DNA from: a virus | Reading direction: 5' to 3' (one strand) | DNA length: 39,911 nucleotides | Virus record (IMG/VR): IMGVR_UViG_3300023082_000005 | Coordinates: 1-39,911 of that record | Shown here: positions 39,433 to 39,911 of the stretch, piece by piece | How the letters are laid out: each line of letters starts with the position of its first letter | How positions within the stretch are numbered: position 1 is the first letter of the stretch | The notes under the pieces: generated by a model | Told to the model about the DNA's origin: nothing | Databases searched by the model: none | The model's input: only the letters and a program-made list of their open reading frames with translations | Program-made: the position numbers and the translations under genes

Positions 39433-39911
39433 ATGCCACTGCCTAACCTCAAACAAAGCCAACTCGCATTTGCGCGCTTCCACAAGAACGCGGAGAAACA
39501 GTTATTGCCGTTATTTCGTAAAGCATTAAACAAGTCTATAGCAGGTGTTATAAATTGGGTTGAAATACATGGTACTGAGAATGTTCCGGTAGAGACGCTA
39601 ATCGATACGCGTGTATGGCAGCAGGTATATCCTAAAGCCTTTCAGATGATTGGCCTGAGAATGGCTAGGTTAGAGTACTACAATCAGCGTAAACAAGATG
39701 AAAATGCTAATAAAGCTAACGTGATTGATTTTTTGCGTGATGTTTGGAGCGGTAAGCTAAGGCAAGCGGCTATTGAGTACATGACAAGCATAGCGGCTTC
39801 ATTGAACCAGACTACAGTCGACATTATCAAACGCGCATTGGGCGAAACGAATACGCTTGAATTGGATCGGTTAGGTAGGGTAAGGTTTTGGAATAAAGAA
39901 GTTAAAGAGAA
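39433..39911 (+). CDS. Mu F / SPP1 gp7-like head morphogenesis protein, N-terminal part (continues at 1..485)
   Basis: ATG at 39433. The frame is open to the window end and in phase with 18..485 across the 127-bp overlap. Confidence 0.7.
   Translation, partial: MPLPNLKQSQLAFARFHKNAEKQLLPLFRKALNKSIAGVINWVEIHGTENVPVETLIDTRVWQQVYPKAFQMIGLRMARLEYYNQRKQDENANKANVIDFLRDVWSGKLRQAAIEYMTSIAASLNQTTVDIIKRALGETNTLELDRLGRVRFWNKEVKE
39785..39911. repeat. 127-bp terminal direct repeat, identical to 1..127
   Basis: Base-by-base identity with the window start. Confidence 0.9.

Noticed and set aside
1-39911. A search for an integrase, recombinase or CI-type repressor, tRNAs, a reverse transcriptase/DGR, and CRISPR-cas.
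   Set aside because: No ORF shows the corresponding motifs: no tyrosine or serine recombinase signatures, no YxDD polymerase motif, and no GGTTCGAAT-type T-loop in intergenic DNA. These are reported as absent, with the caveat that this was done by eye.

Overview
The window is one complete tailed-phage genome of the siphovirus type. Bases 1-127 are identical to 39785-39911, so the unique length is 39,784 bp and the contig closes on itself; the Mu F-like head morphogenesis gene spans the junction. Almost all sequence is coding. The order is: (i) a late morphogenesis operon on the + strand, from about 35981 through the junction to 17644. It holds small and large terminase, portal, Mu F-like protein, prohead protease, HK97-fold capsid, connectors, major tail protein, a tail chaperone pair with a -1 frameshift, tape measure and fibre genes. 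(ii) A block of small membrane proteins plus a lysis module (18532-21998). (iii) A leftward operon of small proteins headed by a small HTH protein (23186-21995). (iv) Rightward early and replication genes (23346-35977): YqaJ-like nuclease, two DNA methyltransferase-like genes, a stand-alone DnaA domain IV protein, YopX, an OB-fold SSB, a primase-helicase, an iteron origin and a VRR-NUC-like nuclease. I saw no integrase, recombinase, tRNA, CRISPR array or reverse transcriptase. The host is probably a member of Bacteroidota. This is inferred from many exact TAnnTTTG (-7 box) promoter motifs, A-rich rather than Shine-Dalgarno start contexts, and gene families I recall as typical of that phylum. 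Unusual features: three reverse-strand cassettes of unknown small genes embedded in or next to the structural operon, each with a promoter motif only 3-4 nt from its ATG; two fibre proteins with C-terminal SGNH/GDSL esterase domains, one sitting in the head module; a second diverged copy of the major tail protein; a four-gene membrane-protein operon upstream of the endolysin; a monocistronic SSB unit with a long structured leader; and a dense iteron/palindrome origin. All family names come from reading motifs by eye and need HMM or structure searches to confirm.
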